A DNA stretch of 58,673 bases from Hydrurus foetidus (taxonomy: Eukaryota): contig UYFQ01000033.1 of the NCBI GenBank assembly GCA_900617105.1, positions 1 to 58,673 on the forward strand. Direction: 5' to 3'. The notes under the pieces were generated by a model, which was given only the letters and a program-made list of their open reading frames with translations, searched no databases and was not told where the DNA came from. Below, one piece after another: positions 50,401 to 58,673 of this stretch; within the stretch, counting starts at the first letter, position 1, and each line of letters starts with the position of its first letter. The translations under genes were made by a program, and so were the position numbers.

Positions 50401-51188
50401 TCAACCTGTGCCTGATGGCTCGGCGTTTTTCCCTTTAGGGAGCCTAAGTCAGGACCCCAGATATCCAAGGATCTAACTACATCTTGTGATGTTATATTAC
50501 TGTTGACTAGTTTACCCTGTCCTATCAGCTTAATTAATTGTCCTGGACTAGCGTATCCTAATTTCCTCTGATATTCTCTAGCTAACTCAGCTTGTTTTAC
50601 CTGTGTAACTGTGTACTTCTTCATCTTATCTGTCACTGTCGTAACTAACATTAACTTAGGCTTACTTACCATTGTGTCTAAATTACATATATATATATTA
50701 TACTTTTCGTCTCTGTTAAAGTAGTAACAACATCCGCCTCGTTTGATTTGCAAACTATAAAAATCGCTCCCACTACTATACTTCATAGAGTAACTATTAT
50801 TTACCATATTAGCAAAAGACAAGATGTTGGCTATACAATTAGGATCATAGTAGACTGATCCGAAATCCGTCATTCCGCGTTCTCTGATTACCATCGGCTT
50901 TCCTCTACTGTTAACTCCATTAACTACCATAGGTGTATCAGCAGGCACTATGTCATAGAACAGTGTGGCAGTTCTAAAAACAGATTCACCAGCACAAGTG
51001 TCAAGAAGCAATTGATTGTCAGCAAATACATTAGAATCATTCATGATATCTATGCTAAATATATTGCTATCTACTGCTGGGGTCTCCGTCACAGGAGCTT
51101 CGTCATCTATAAATTTGATTTGTACATATTTAGAAATACGTACGTGCTTTACATCATCTTTCACAACACTAGTCACACTGTTATTCAC
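47442..51188 (-). CDS. pol: Copia-B pol (PR-IN-RT-RH), frame open up to the gag stop in the -1 frame
   Basis: LLDTCAG protease, IDIMFV/RVDGE/VERKIR integrase, KSRLVAGG, HVDD RT, DASYG/SSTEAE/FQDN/ADMLTKPL RNase H. Confidence 0.95.
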   Translation of the reverse strand: MNNSVTSVVKDDVKHVRISKYVQIKFIDDEAPVTETPAVDSNIFSIDIMNDSNVFADNQLLLDTCAGESVFRTATLFYDIVPADTPMVVNGVNSRGKPMVIRERGMTDFGSVYYDPNCIANILSFANMVNNSYSMKYSSGSDFYSLQIKRGGCCYYFNRDEKYNIYICNLDTMVSKPKLMLVTTVTDKMKKYTVTQVKQAELAREYQRKLGYASPGQLIKLIGQGKLVNSNITSQDVVRSLDIWGPDLGSLKGKTPSHQAQVEEEQPLLDNIQQRDQTMYIDIMFVNGNPFLIAVVKPLEYTMVNKLNNRANLTLWTSLESDIRHITKYGFSLNLVRVDGEGAINSVWFETKLATIGTALDTTGAGEAVTVVERKIRQIKERVRAVINTLPFRLTEKLEGWLVRYVVNRIVLVPTRNTVDYVSPREKLYGRKINVDKELKHGFGDYVQVHSDNIDNSNKARTSGAIALMSSGNLEGSWYYMLLSNEQIVKRTKATSLPMPDEVITYLNGLSDKRNINKGNNTNQPVFEQNRRVIDDDGLDYDDEKIYNNNMRRFSNSHIPHSDEMYDDSYDVEPHVMPELPYVPVMNDENDFNDMPDNDAMTDDYTVQLETNDAEFEPIEHDDVAMEYDAPDVNSTYVDDNVLTYDETVDAIEDTYTVDDVLTDELPEIEQPALRRSARNHQPGRWASNRGNRNIGCCIPEVLHRLDCSYAFNMTVKDGIDKLGDIAIDSIRKEMQQMCEKDVWEGVLINSLTPLQRNNIITSSMFLKDKYTAEGKFDKLKSRLVAGGHLQDRDIYDNGSSPTVSTTSVFIIASIAAKENRSLATIDFPGAFLNSDMPLEGSHTVFMRLNKYLTGVLTSIDKSYLKYVNEKGTCIVKLKKALYGCVESAKLWYDKISHDLSVLGYTANAYDMCVFNRTENNKSQTTLIIHVDDMMISCCNDKYVDMVIYEIEKLYPGLTKHRGKVLNYIGMTFNFETAGQVKITMEGFIKELLEDCKEILGVAPTPAKPDLFTVKPDTSNSLLTTSAREFFHSITAKLLYLSKRARPDILTPVAFLTKRVTKPQVDDLKKLERTIQYVRHTRDLGLTLQIEDPTTVTCYVDASYGVHHDMKSHTGSAITLGKGVVYAKSSTQKLTTKSSTEAELVGLSDSANQVLWTRLFLINQGYKDRSAIIFQDNKSTIQLINNGRSNSERTRHIDIRYFFLHDRIKEQEITISYKSTNEMLADMLTKPLQGEQFRAFRNQLLNTT

Positions 51189-51229
51189 ATTATTAAATAT
51201 ATCGGCATGTAATGAATCATATAAGCCAC

Positions 51230-52453
51230 TTACTTTCCCTTCCCAGGTGATGCAGTGGGTTTCCCTCCAGGGCTCTTGCCTCCTTCCTCGCCCCAGTATT
51301 GGGCTACAGTCTCTGCTGCCTCTGCTCTACACTCCCTAGCAAGATGCCCGTACTTTCCACAATTGTTGCATGGCCCTCGCTTGTACCCCGCTGGTGGGGA
51401 TTTGTTGGATGTGTAGGCGGCGATAGGAGATCCTTTCTCGCTGCTGCTGCTTCCTTCTAGGTAGTCTGCTCCATCCTTCACCCACTTCGCGTTTGGCGCA
51501 CTTTTTCCCTTGTGCCCTCCGGGGTAGCCTCCTCTGCCGCCCCTGCCTCCTCTGCCTGTCATGGCGAAGGCATTCGCTCTGTCCATAGCTGCTGGCGAGT
51601 TGGACGCTGCTCGCTTCGGATTATATTTGGCTGATTCCTGGTAGGCTACTTCCAGAGACTCTGGCCATGGCTTCAACCCGTTGGTGAAAAAGGACTTGAA
51701 TTCTCCGTAGTTTCCATTGAGTCCCAAGATGAATTTCACGGCCATTTGGCCCTCCGGGTATGTCTCATCAAGTGCTCCACGGCCTGCCATTTCATAGGCT
51801 TGTTGGATGGCCGTGAGAGCTGACTTGGTGTTAGTGTAGTACATACTCAAATTGTCGTGTTGTCCCATGACCAAGTTATTATAACGTTGTGTTATCATGT
51901 ACATTTGGTGCTGTACTCCTAGCGTAGAATCTCCGATGTGAGTGACCAGTATAGCTTGCATAAGCTTCCTTGGTTCGAACTCATTTTCGGCTTCAATACC
52001 GGCCTGCACTTCTGATACTCTCGTCTTCGAGCTCTCGGACATTTGTCCTAGCATAGCTCCATAGAGGTTTCCTTTATCTTCTTCGAGAGTTTTAACATTT
52101 TTGTTGTAATCTACCATTCCTAGTTCCCATATCTTTCTGTCGTAGACGGTTGCTCCATCCTCTGGCTGGTCTGGCAGTACATAAGCTGGATAGTCTCCAA
52201 GAGTTCCGTCAGTACCAAATATCATACTGACTCTTGATTTAAAAGTTGTCATGGCATACTCCTTGAGTTTGGCCATCCACTTGGTAACCGTCCCATGGGC
52301 GATGTCCTTCCCAGGCGGTAGATCCAAGTATGCACCGATCGTGGGGATATTCCCACGATGGTGGTTCGGCGTCGCTGGAGATCCTCTCCCAACGCGACCC
52401 GCAAAATAGCCTCGTCCACGTCCCTGCTGGGGACTTCCACGGCCTTTCATCAT
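51230..52453 (-). CDS. gag: Copia-B gag
   Basis: First ATG at 52453; RGG-rich segments and zinc knuckle CNNCGKYGHLAREC; stop TAA at 51230-51232. Confidence 0.9.
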   Translation of the reverse strand: MMKGRGSPQQGRGRGYFAGRVGRGSPATPNHHRGNIPTIGAYLDLPPGKDIAHGTVTKWMAKLKEYAMTTFKSRVSMIFGTDGTLGDYPAYVLPDQPEDGATVYDRKIWELGMVDYNKNVKTLEEDKGNLYGAMLGQMSESSKTRVSEVQAGIEAENEFEPRKLMQAILVTHIGDSTLGVQHQMYMITQRYNNLVMGQHDNLSMYYTNTKSALTAIQQAYEMAGRGALDETYPEGQMAVKFILGLNGNYGEFKSFFTNGLKPWPESLEVAYQESAKYNPKRAASNSPAAMDRANAFAMTGRGGRGGRGGYPGGHKGKSAPNAKWVKDGADYLEGSSSSEKGSPIAAYTSNKSPPAGYKRGPCNNCGKYGHLARECRAEAAETVAQYWGEEGGKSPGGKPTASPGKGK

Positions 52454-52477
52454 TGCAACTTCTTGTTGCAAGCGATA

Positions 52478-52488
52478 AGTGCTAATTA
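52478..52488 (-). promoter_or_regulatory. Copia-B non-canonical primer-binding site TAATTAGCACT
   Basis: Abuts the 5' LTR; perfect 11-nt complement of sense AGTGCTAATTA at 52639-52629 in the LTR. Confidence 0.75.
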
Positions 52489-52841
52489 TGTTGTGAAATG
52501 TGGACTCAGAGGTGTGACGTATGTCCCATACGGTTGGTCACAAGCTCCCCACTGCACTCTCCGATGCGGCTTCACTCGCTCTGTCTGGAGTCAGAAGAGA
52601 AGTTTCACTGTCGGCTACGAGTTTGGGTTAATTAGCACTGCTGCAACGCAGTAGTAGTCGAGTGTAGTCAGTAGTTGTCTCAACGGGTTGATGGCTATGC
52701 TAGATCAAATACGTCATATCGTATGTAGTACGGTACTGCTGTGGTGCAACACCGTACGTATGGTTCAAATATGAAATACAGATAATAGCATCACAATTCG
52801 TATACGGAATATCTAGTCTACATAGTACTGATATTACTACA
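52489..52841 (-). repeat. Copia-B 5' LTR
   Basis: Direct repeat of 46544-46896. Confidence 0.95.
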
Positions 52842-53002
52842 CGCTGTGCCGTATGTACGATAACGTATGTACAGTAAAGTGTTGTGGCACTGAGGGTTGA
52901 GCATAGTATTGTGATGATGGATGATGTCGCCATCAATACGAATTCATTGCCGATTCGATAGCGTTACTTCGCAAATCGGCTGCGGATGCTGTCGATGCCA
53001 AC

Positions 53003-55865
53003 ATGAGTCAATGGCAATGCAGTCAATGCACTCTCTTAAATGATGCCCTCGTAAATGATTGCGGAGTATGCGGTTGGAAACTTCTCACAGCTGAAAACAC
53101 ATCTTCTCAGGGACCAAATTCCTCATTGGGCAGGGGATCAAAGTCTAATGATACTCCGACTCACTTGACCTGCTCTCGATGTTCGTTTGATAATGACATT
53201 AATGCAAGGCTGTGCGACGTATGCGAATTTAACTTTGCTTCTGGTAATGGCAGCATGCCCTTTACGTCATCTGATATTGTTGTTTCCCGCTCATCTAAGG
53301 GTCCTCATGGATCAAATCATGACGTTGGTCGGATAACATGTTCAGTTTGCTCTTTTGATAATTTTCTCGAAGCAATTTCATGCATCATGTGCGGTGATCA
53401 ATCGACATTTTCTGATAGTAAGACATTCTCAGAATCGATGGAAAGGGTTACTAGATGCAGGCACTGCCATGTCAACTTCCCTATTTCCGTTGGTGCAGCA
53501 CTTGAGTCAGGGTCTCGATCAAGATATGTCGGTTGCCCTAATTGCGATGATGGCAAAAGTTCCTATCTTTCCTCTTCAGCTGGCAGATATGGTTCAGAAC
53601 GACTAGATCAGCAATTTCAAACAATGTCAGAAGGGATCATAGAATTACTGGCAGAAGTTCTGGAAAAGGATGATGAGATAATGCGTATGACACATCCTGA
53701 TAGGAAGATGACGACTGAATTCGCTGTATGTTCTCCCTGTCCGCATATCAGTCAAAGAGGAACGAAGGGATATGACTGGTCATGCGGATACAGAAATATT
53801 CAAATGATCTGTCATGCAATGTTATGTCAATCAAGTCCCAATTATGAAGACAACGTAAAGCGTTTATTCAATGGAAAAGGTATTCATAATTAATTAATTG
53901 ATGAATCACACTGCGAAACCTATTTGTTCAAAATATAATGGCTGTTAATGATAAATTAGATATTTTTTTCTTTCAGCGACATCACAAAATCCCACAATAT
54001 CCAAACTTATATTGCATGCGCCTTATTTTTAATCATTGCATGTATTGAATTAGGTGATATTCCAGATATTCAAGGAATTCAATCGTGGATAGAAAAAGCC
54101 TGGGGGGCGGGATTTGACAGGGCTGGAAAAGAAGAATTCGGGGGTCAGTTATTGGGGACGGAAAATTGGATCGGGGCAACAGAATGTGCCGCCCTTCTGA
54201 GATATTTTGGATTTAGGGCTATTGTTGTTGATTTTTCAATGGATCAAGCGGAAATTGAAACAAATAAAAGAAGAAAAAAAGATATTACAGCGGAGAAAAA
54301 GAAAAAAAGAAATAAAATGCAATATGACGATGATGACTACACAACAAACAAGAAAAAAGGCATAAAAAAGAGTAAAACGAAATCTAGCAATTTTTTTATC
54401 GATGCAGATTCTGATAATTCTGATGACGATTTTGAAGCTTATGATATTGATGATATGCAAGAAGAAAAAACAAAAAACACAATAAAAAACAATTCTGATT
54501 TTATTGAAATTGATTGCGATGACATTAAGAAGGAGATCGGATTCAAAGGGAGTATTAATGGCTCAAAAGATCATGCCACAAACGAGCATTCAGGAATTGA
54601 TAGATGTTCTGCAATAGGTAGTAGACTGTGTACGTGGATCTTGAAATATTATTCAGCAGCTAAAATATCAAATACAGCAGCAAATGAAGCTGGCCCTATG
54701 GGGATGGATTTTTCCTCCTCGCCCACATCGTCATCTTCTAAATCTAGTCATCATGTATACGATAGGCATGCCGTGAACTTATTAGACAATGAAGATGATG
54801 TACAGCGCAACACTGGTATTCGAAATGCTCCAATTAAATCTAATGTAATCTCCATCCCTTTCGGTTCTAGCGATGTGGCATTGAACAGTATTAACACGGA
54901 TCGAAACTGTTCTACACTACCTCGTCCTCTACCTCTTTATTTTCAACATCAAGGGCACTCTAGAACAATCATAGGTATTAAGAACGAGAACTTAAATTCC
55001 AGAATGATCTACTAATTTGTTTATTGTGTTATCACCGATTCCCCCAGTAGTAATCGAACTGTTTTGATCTCCTCTTGCATTTTATTGTTTTTACAGACGT
55101 GTCATTTGCAAATTTATTTTTTAATGCATGAAACACTTTTTAATAAATTTCACAAAAAATCAATACTTCAGTATATGATATCTCTACAAAACCAACTTAC
55201 CATTTTCTGTACTTTATCATGTAGGATACGAAATCTCTTCGAGTGCAATAGAAACGGAAAAAGAAAAAGATAAAGAAAAAAAAGAATTTTAAAAATAAAA
55301 AGAACGCGAAAAAAATATTAAAACTTTTGAAGATTCTGAATTTAATAGTGGTGTGTGTGGGGATGGGCAGGTCTTTAGTCTTTTGGTTTTTGACCCCTTA
55401 AGTGACGGGTGTGTTATAAAAAGAAATCTTGAGAGCGGTAGAGCCGGATGGAAAAGTCAGCTGAAAAGAGGTATTTCTTAATTATTCATATATTTTTCGT
55501 TCTCTTTTTTCCCTCACACTTGGAGTGATTTCATATCCTATTTGATTGTACAGATCTCCGGAGATATCATGGAATAAAATTATGAGGTTACATAAATTTG
55601 AGGAAAAATCGTCAAATTCACTACATTTAAATTTGCTTATCTAAATAAAAATCAATACTTGAAATGTGTAACTCGCCATGATATAGTAATAAATAATAAT
55701 TGATATTATCTTACATATATACCTATAGGTCAACATACTCTGAATAAAAATAGTTATCAAATAGTATACGTTGCAGCAGGAGTTATGACGGATGAAGAAA
55801 AAGAGAAATCTAAAGTTATCAGGGGACAGACAGACGACATGCCCTTACTAACAGAAATATTGTGA
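53003..55865 (+). CDS. ZUP1: ZUP1/ZUFSP-like deubiquitinase (peptidase C78) with N-terminal RanBP2/NZF-type zinc fingers, multi-exon
   Basis: WQCSQCTLLN-type fingers, WSCGYRNIQM catalytic Cys, WIEKAW..GFD, WIGATE, LYFQHQGHSRTIIG, LLVFDP. Two in-frame TAA in the putative exon at 55290 and 55296. Confidence 0.85.
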
Positions 55866-56588
55866 AATACATTAACTTTCTAAAATACGATCGATAACCC
55901 GGAGTATTCTTTTGACAAAATTATCCTCACCTGATAAGATTGCAGTCAAGAAGCACAACTAGAAAGATGATCATACATTCGTACTCGAAAACAACCACTC
56001 AGAACAACGTGAATCATTGTACTCTAAATCCGTCAAATATGCTTCAAGAAATCCCTGAGAACTCCTGCTTTAATTCGACTTCTATAATGCAAACCCAAAA
56101 CCTATCACATGATGGATTTCTTAAAACAGACTTTTAGTATTTTTGCTATACGTAGAAACCGTAACACCGTAAACTACAAAAAAATCAAGATTTCCTCTTT
56201 TGTTCAATAATCTTAATTCATGATATTTTCGGATCGAAAAAAGATTTCTGTAGATTTTGTATGGGATGATATTCAGTACTGTACTCGGCGCTTTTTTTTG
56301 CAACGGTGCTTCCTTTTATTCGTTTTTAGCATGCATTTAGTACGCCATTCAATGGTCCTAACCAGGGCGGCGGTGCGGGGAAGTGGCTCTTGTATTCAAC
56401 GATGCAAACAACCGTATATTCCGGTACATACACAAAAATTCGAAATAATGTATTTTCAAATTGACCTTCTCTTCCAAATTTCAAAAACAAATAAAAGTAA
56501 TTAGTATAAAACTATTTCGAGTCGTGCAAAAAACTGTTAACATGACAACGAAAAAGTTCAACCTACCAATTTCATAAGTATTGATATA

Positions 56589-58295
56589 TTACACATTGGG
56601 TGAAGTCAAGCTTACTGGTGCTAAGAACTTACAAACTCCATCCAATTCGTGTAAGATTCCTTCGTTAAATAAATTCGACTTTGCAGCTATCAACACTTCA
56701 ACAGAAAAAGCAAAAAAAGCTTCTGTAACCGACATAGTTCCTAAGGCAGAAGATCTACGCCCAGAAAAAGGAAGAGAATCAGGCGATCTGCCACACTGAG
56801 TATTGATGTTGATACGACCAACGGCAGTGGATAAAATGTCGAGTAAAGGTGCGGCTTTTTTCGCATCACTTGTGAACACTGCTGCTTGTTGACCGAATGT
56901 TGTTTCTCTATAGTACTCATACAACTCCTCTACATCCTCGTAGACTGCTACTGGTATCACAGGGCCGAATTGTTCTTCTCGCCATAATCTCATCGTTTTT
57001 GTGACAGGGTACAAAATTGCCGGATTGAAAAGTGCTCCATTAAGTTCTCCTCCTCCCAAATGTTCATTGACCACTTTTGCACCATTCTTTAACGCATCCG
57101 CTACAAGTCCCTGCAAATACGCAGGTTTCTCCAATTCTGGGAGAGGAGTTATTGCTACCCCTTTCATCCATGGCAAACCAACTTTTAAAGCGGAAACGCG
57201 ATTAACAAGCAATTCCAAAAACTCTTTTGCTATCGATTTGTGCACCATAACAAGTTTAATTGCTGTGCATCTCTGACCGTTATATGATGTCGCACCAAGT
57301 ACAATTTGCTCAACAGCAACAGAGACATCCGCATCTGGAAATACAATGCCAAGATTTTTGCCTTCAAGTTGCAAGAATACTTTTAGTCTGTGTGGTGCAG
57401 GATGTTCTTTTATCAAAACATCTGCTGTATTACTCCCTCCTATAAATGCCAATATATCTATATCGCCGGTACGCATGATAGGTGGCATTGTTTTCCTACC
57501 ACTGCCTGATACAAAGTTGATCACCCCTGCTGGCAGAGCTTTGGCGAATGCCTCCATCGTAAGCATGTGTGCCATCCCACCGATAGTCGGCACTTTCATG
57601 ATGATCACATTGCCCGCTAGGAGGGCAGGAATGAGAGTAGCATAGGTCTCATTGAATGGGTAGTTGAATGGGCCCAATGCGAGCATGATTCCTATCGCCA
57701 GACGTCTTACACGTGCTGTGATTCCTGCGACTGTCGACCATCCACTCGATGATATCTCCTTCACAGCAACAATAGTTGCACGAATGAAAGATATCGTGCG
57801 ATCAAACTCAGCAGCTGCATCTATCGTGGACTTGCAGATTTCCCAAGTCAGGACATCGATTATTTCTGTTCGCTTCTGTAGAAGCAGCTGCACAAATAAC
57901 TCCATTGCTTCTATTCGTTTCTCAGGGCTCATCTGAGGCCACTCTCCCTGACCATTAGCCCAAGCCATTTTTGCTGCATGAATAGCTGAAAGGGCGTCAG
58001 CTTCCTCCATTTGAGCTAATTGACCAATGACTATCCTCTCCCTGCTGATAGAGTTGAGAATTGGAGTTGTCGCATTCGCAGATTTTCCCTCAAAGTTGCG
58101 TATTTTACCACCGACAAATACTTTTGAGCCGTCAATGTATGGCCTCGATTGAAATATTGGATCTGATGGACATAAACTACCCAGAGATATTGCTGGGCAG
58201 ACATTCAAATCAGAGTTAGTTTGTCCAAGAAAGAAGACACACATGATCCCGAACAAAACGTGGTGCGAGACCATGAAGTTAGAAGTGCCTCTCAT
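56589..58295 (-). CDS. gapN: Non-phosphorylating NADP-dependent glyceraldehyde-3-phosphate dehydrogenase-like ALDH, intronless
   Basis: GPFNYPFNE, AFIGGS, SYNGQRCTA catalytic Cys, EEQFGP, GRININTQCGRSPD. First ATG at 58295, second at 58274. Confidence 0.8.
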   Translation of the reverse strand: MRGTSNFMVSHHVLFGIMCVFFLGQTNSDLNVCPAISLGSLCPSDPIFQSRPYIDGSKVFVGGKIRNFEGKSANATTPILNSISRERIVIGQLAQMEEADALSAIHAAKMAWANGQGEWPQMSPEKRIEAMELFVQLLLQKRTEIIDVLTWEICKSTIDAAAEFDRTISFIRATIVAVKEISSSGWSTVAGITARVRRLAIGIMLALGPFNYPFNETYATLIPALLAGNVIIMKVPTIGGMAHMLTMEAFAKALPAGVINFVSGSGRKTMPPIMRTGDIDILAFIGGSNTADVLIKEHPAPHRLKVFLQLEGKNLGIVFPDADVSVAVEQIVLGATSYNGQRCTAIKLVMVHKSIAKEFLELLVNRVSALKVGLPWMKGVAITPLPELEKPAYLQGLVADALKNGAKVVNEHLGGGELNGALFNPAILYPVTKTMRLWREEQFGPVIPVAVYEDVEELYEYYRETTFGQQAAVFTSDAKKAAPLLDILSTAVGRININTQCGRSPDSLPFSGRRSSALGTMSVTEAFFAFSVEVLIAAKSNLFNEGILHELDGVCKFLAPVSLTSPNV

Positions 58296-58673
58296 CTCAG
58301 AATCTTGAGATAGCACGCAAGAATAAAAGACGATTCGTTCGTTTGAAGATTCAACTCCGAATGGCGTAAGATGCCTAAGGTGGCCAAGAAGTCACAAGAA
58401 GGAAGTGTTGGGGATTCTCAGAATCCGGATGCTTTGCACTCGCTGCAACCGGTGACCCAAGGCTCGTAAAATAAGACTTGTGTTGCGTAATTACTTGAGA
58501 ATTAAACTTGTGCACCGGCATCAATCAAGACGGCAACGAAGCTTTACATTTCAAGGCAATTGCACGTGGTCATCCGTGTTGAAGACAGATGAATGGGTGG
58601 CTACACTAGCCCACACATCCAACGGTCCACGGTCCTCACCACTGGGGTGCCCACCGCTGACCGTCAGGATCCA

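Larger units (their letters stand above)
46544..52841 (-). mobile_element. Ty1/Copia LTR retrotransposon (Copia-B), full length
   Basis: 353-bp TG...CA LTRs with one substitution seen, 5-bp TSD CGCTG (46539-46543, 52842-52846), gag and pol ORFs. Confidence 0.96.

Noticed and set aside
55290..55298. Alternative genetic code with TAA reassigned
   Set aside because: Other long genes contain no internal TAA and several end in TAA normally.

Overview
Eukaryotic, intron-containing genomic DNA, probably from a stramenopile/ochrophyte alga (inferred from gene content). The first ~25 kb is a transposon nest. A long-TIR DDD DNA transposon (Sola2-like, 7418-25262, TSD CGCG) has a Ty1/Copia element (Copia-A, 12140-25213, TSD GTTTC) inserted in its right TIR. 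That Copia is itself split by an antisense chromodomain Ty3/Gypsy element (14072-21566, TSD GTAG). A second near-identical partial copy of the Sola/Copia junction (1-3155) is fused to a 5'-truncated pogo-like transposase, and a TA-flanked MITE lies at 5231-5390. The rest holds host genes: NAD(P)H-type glutamate synthase large subunit with a mitochondrial-like presequence, M32 carboxypeptidase, Gfo/Idh/MocA oxidoreductase (D-galacturonate reductase-like), CNNM/DUF21-CBS protein, ZUP1-like C78 peptidase and a GAPN-like ALDH. A second full-length Copia (Copia-B, 46544-52841, TSD CGCTG) sits between the divergent CNNM and ZUP1 genes. Main finding: both Copia elements lack a TGG tRNA primer-binding site. 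Instead each has a TAATTAG-starting PBS that is complementary, with covarying changes, to a site inside its own LTR. This is the geometry of Tf1-type self-priming, here in the Copia superfamily.
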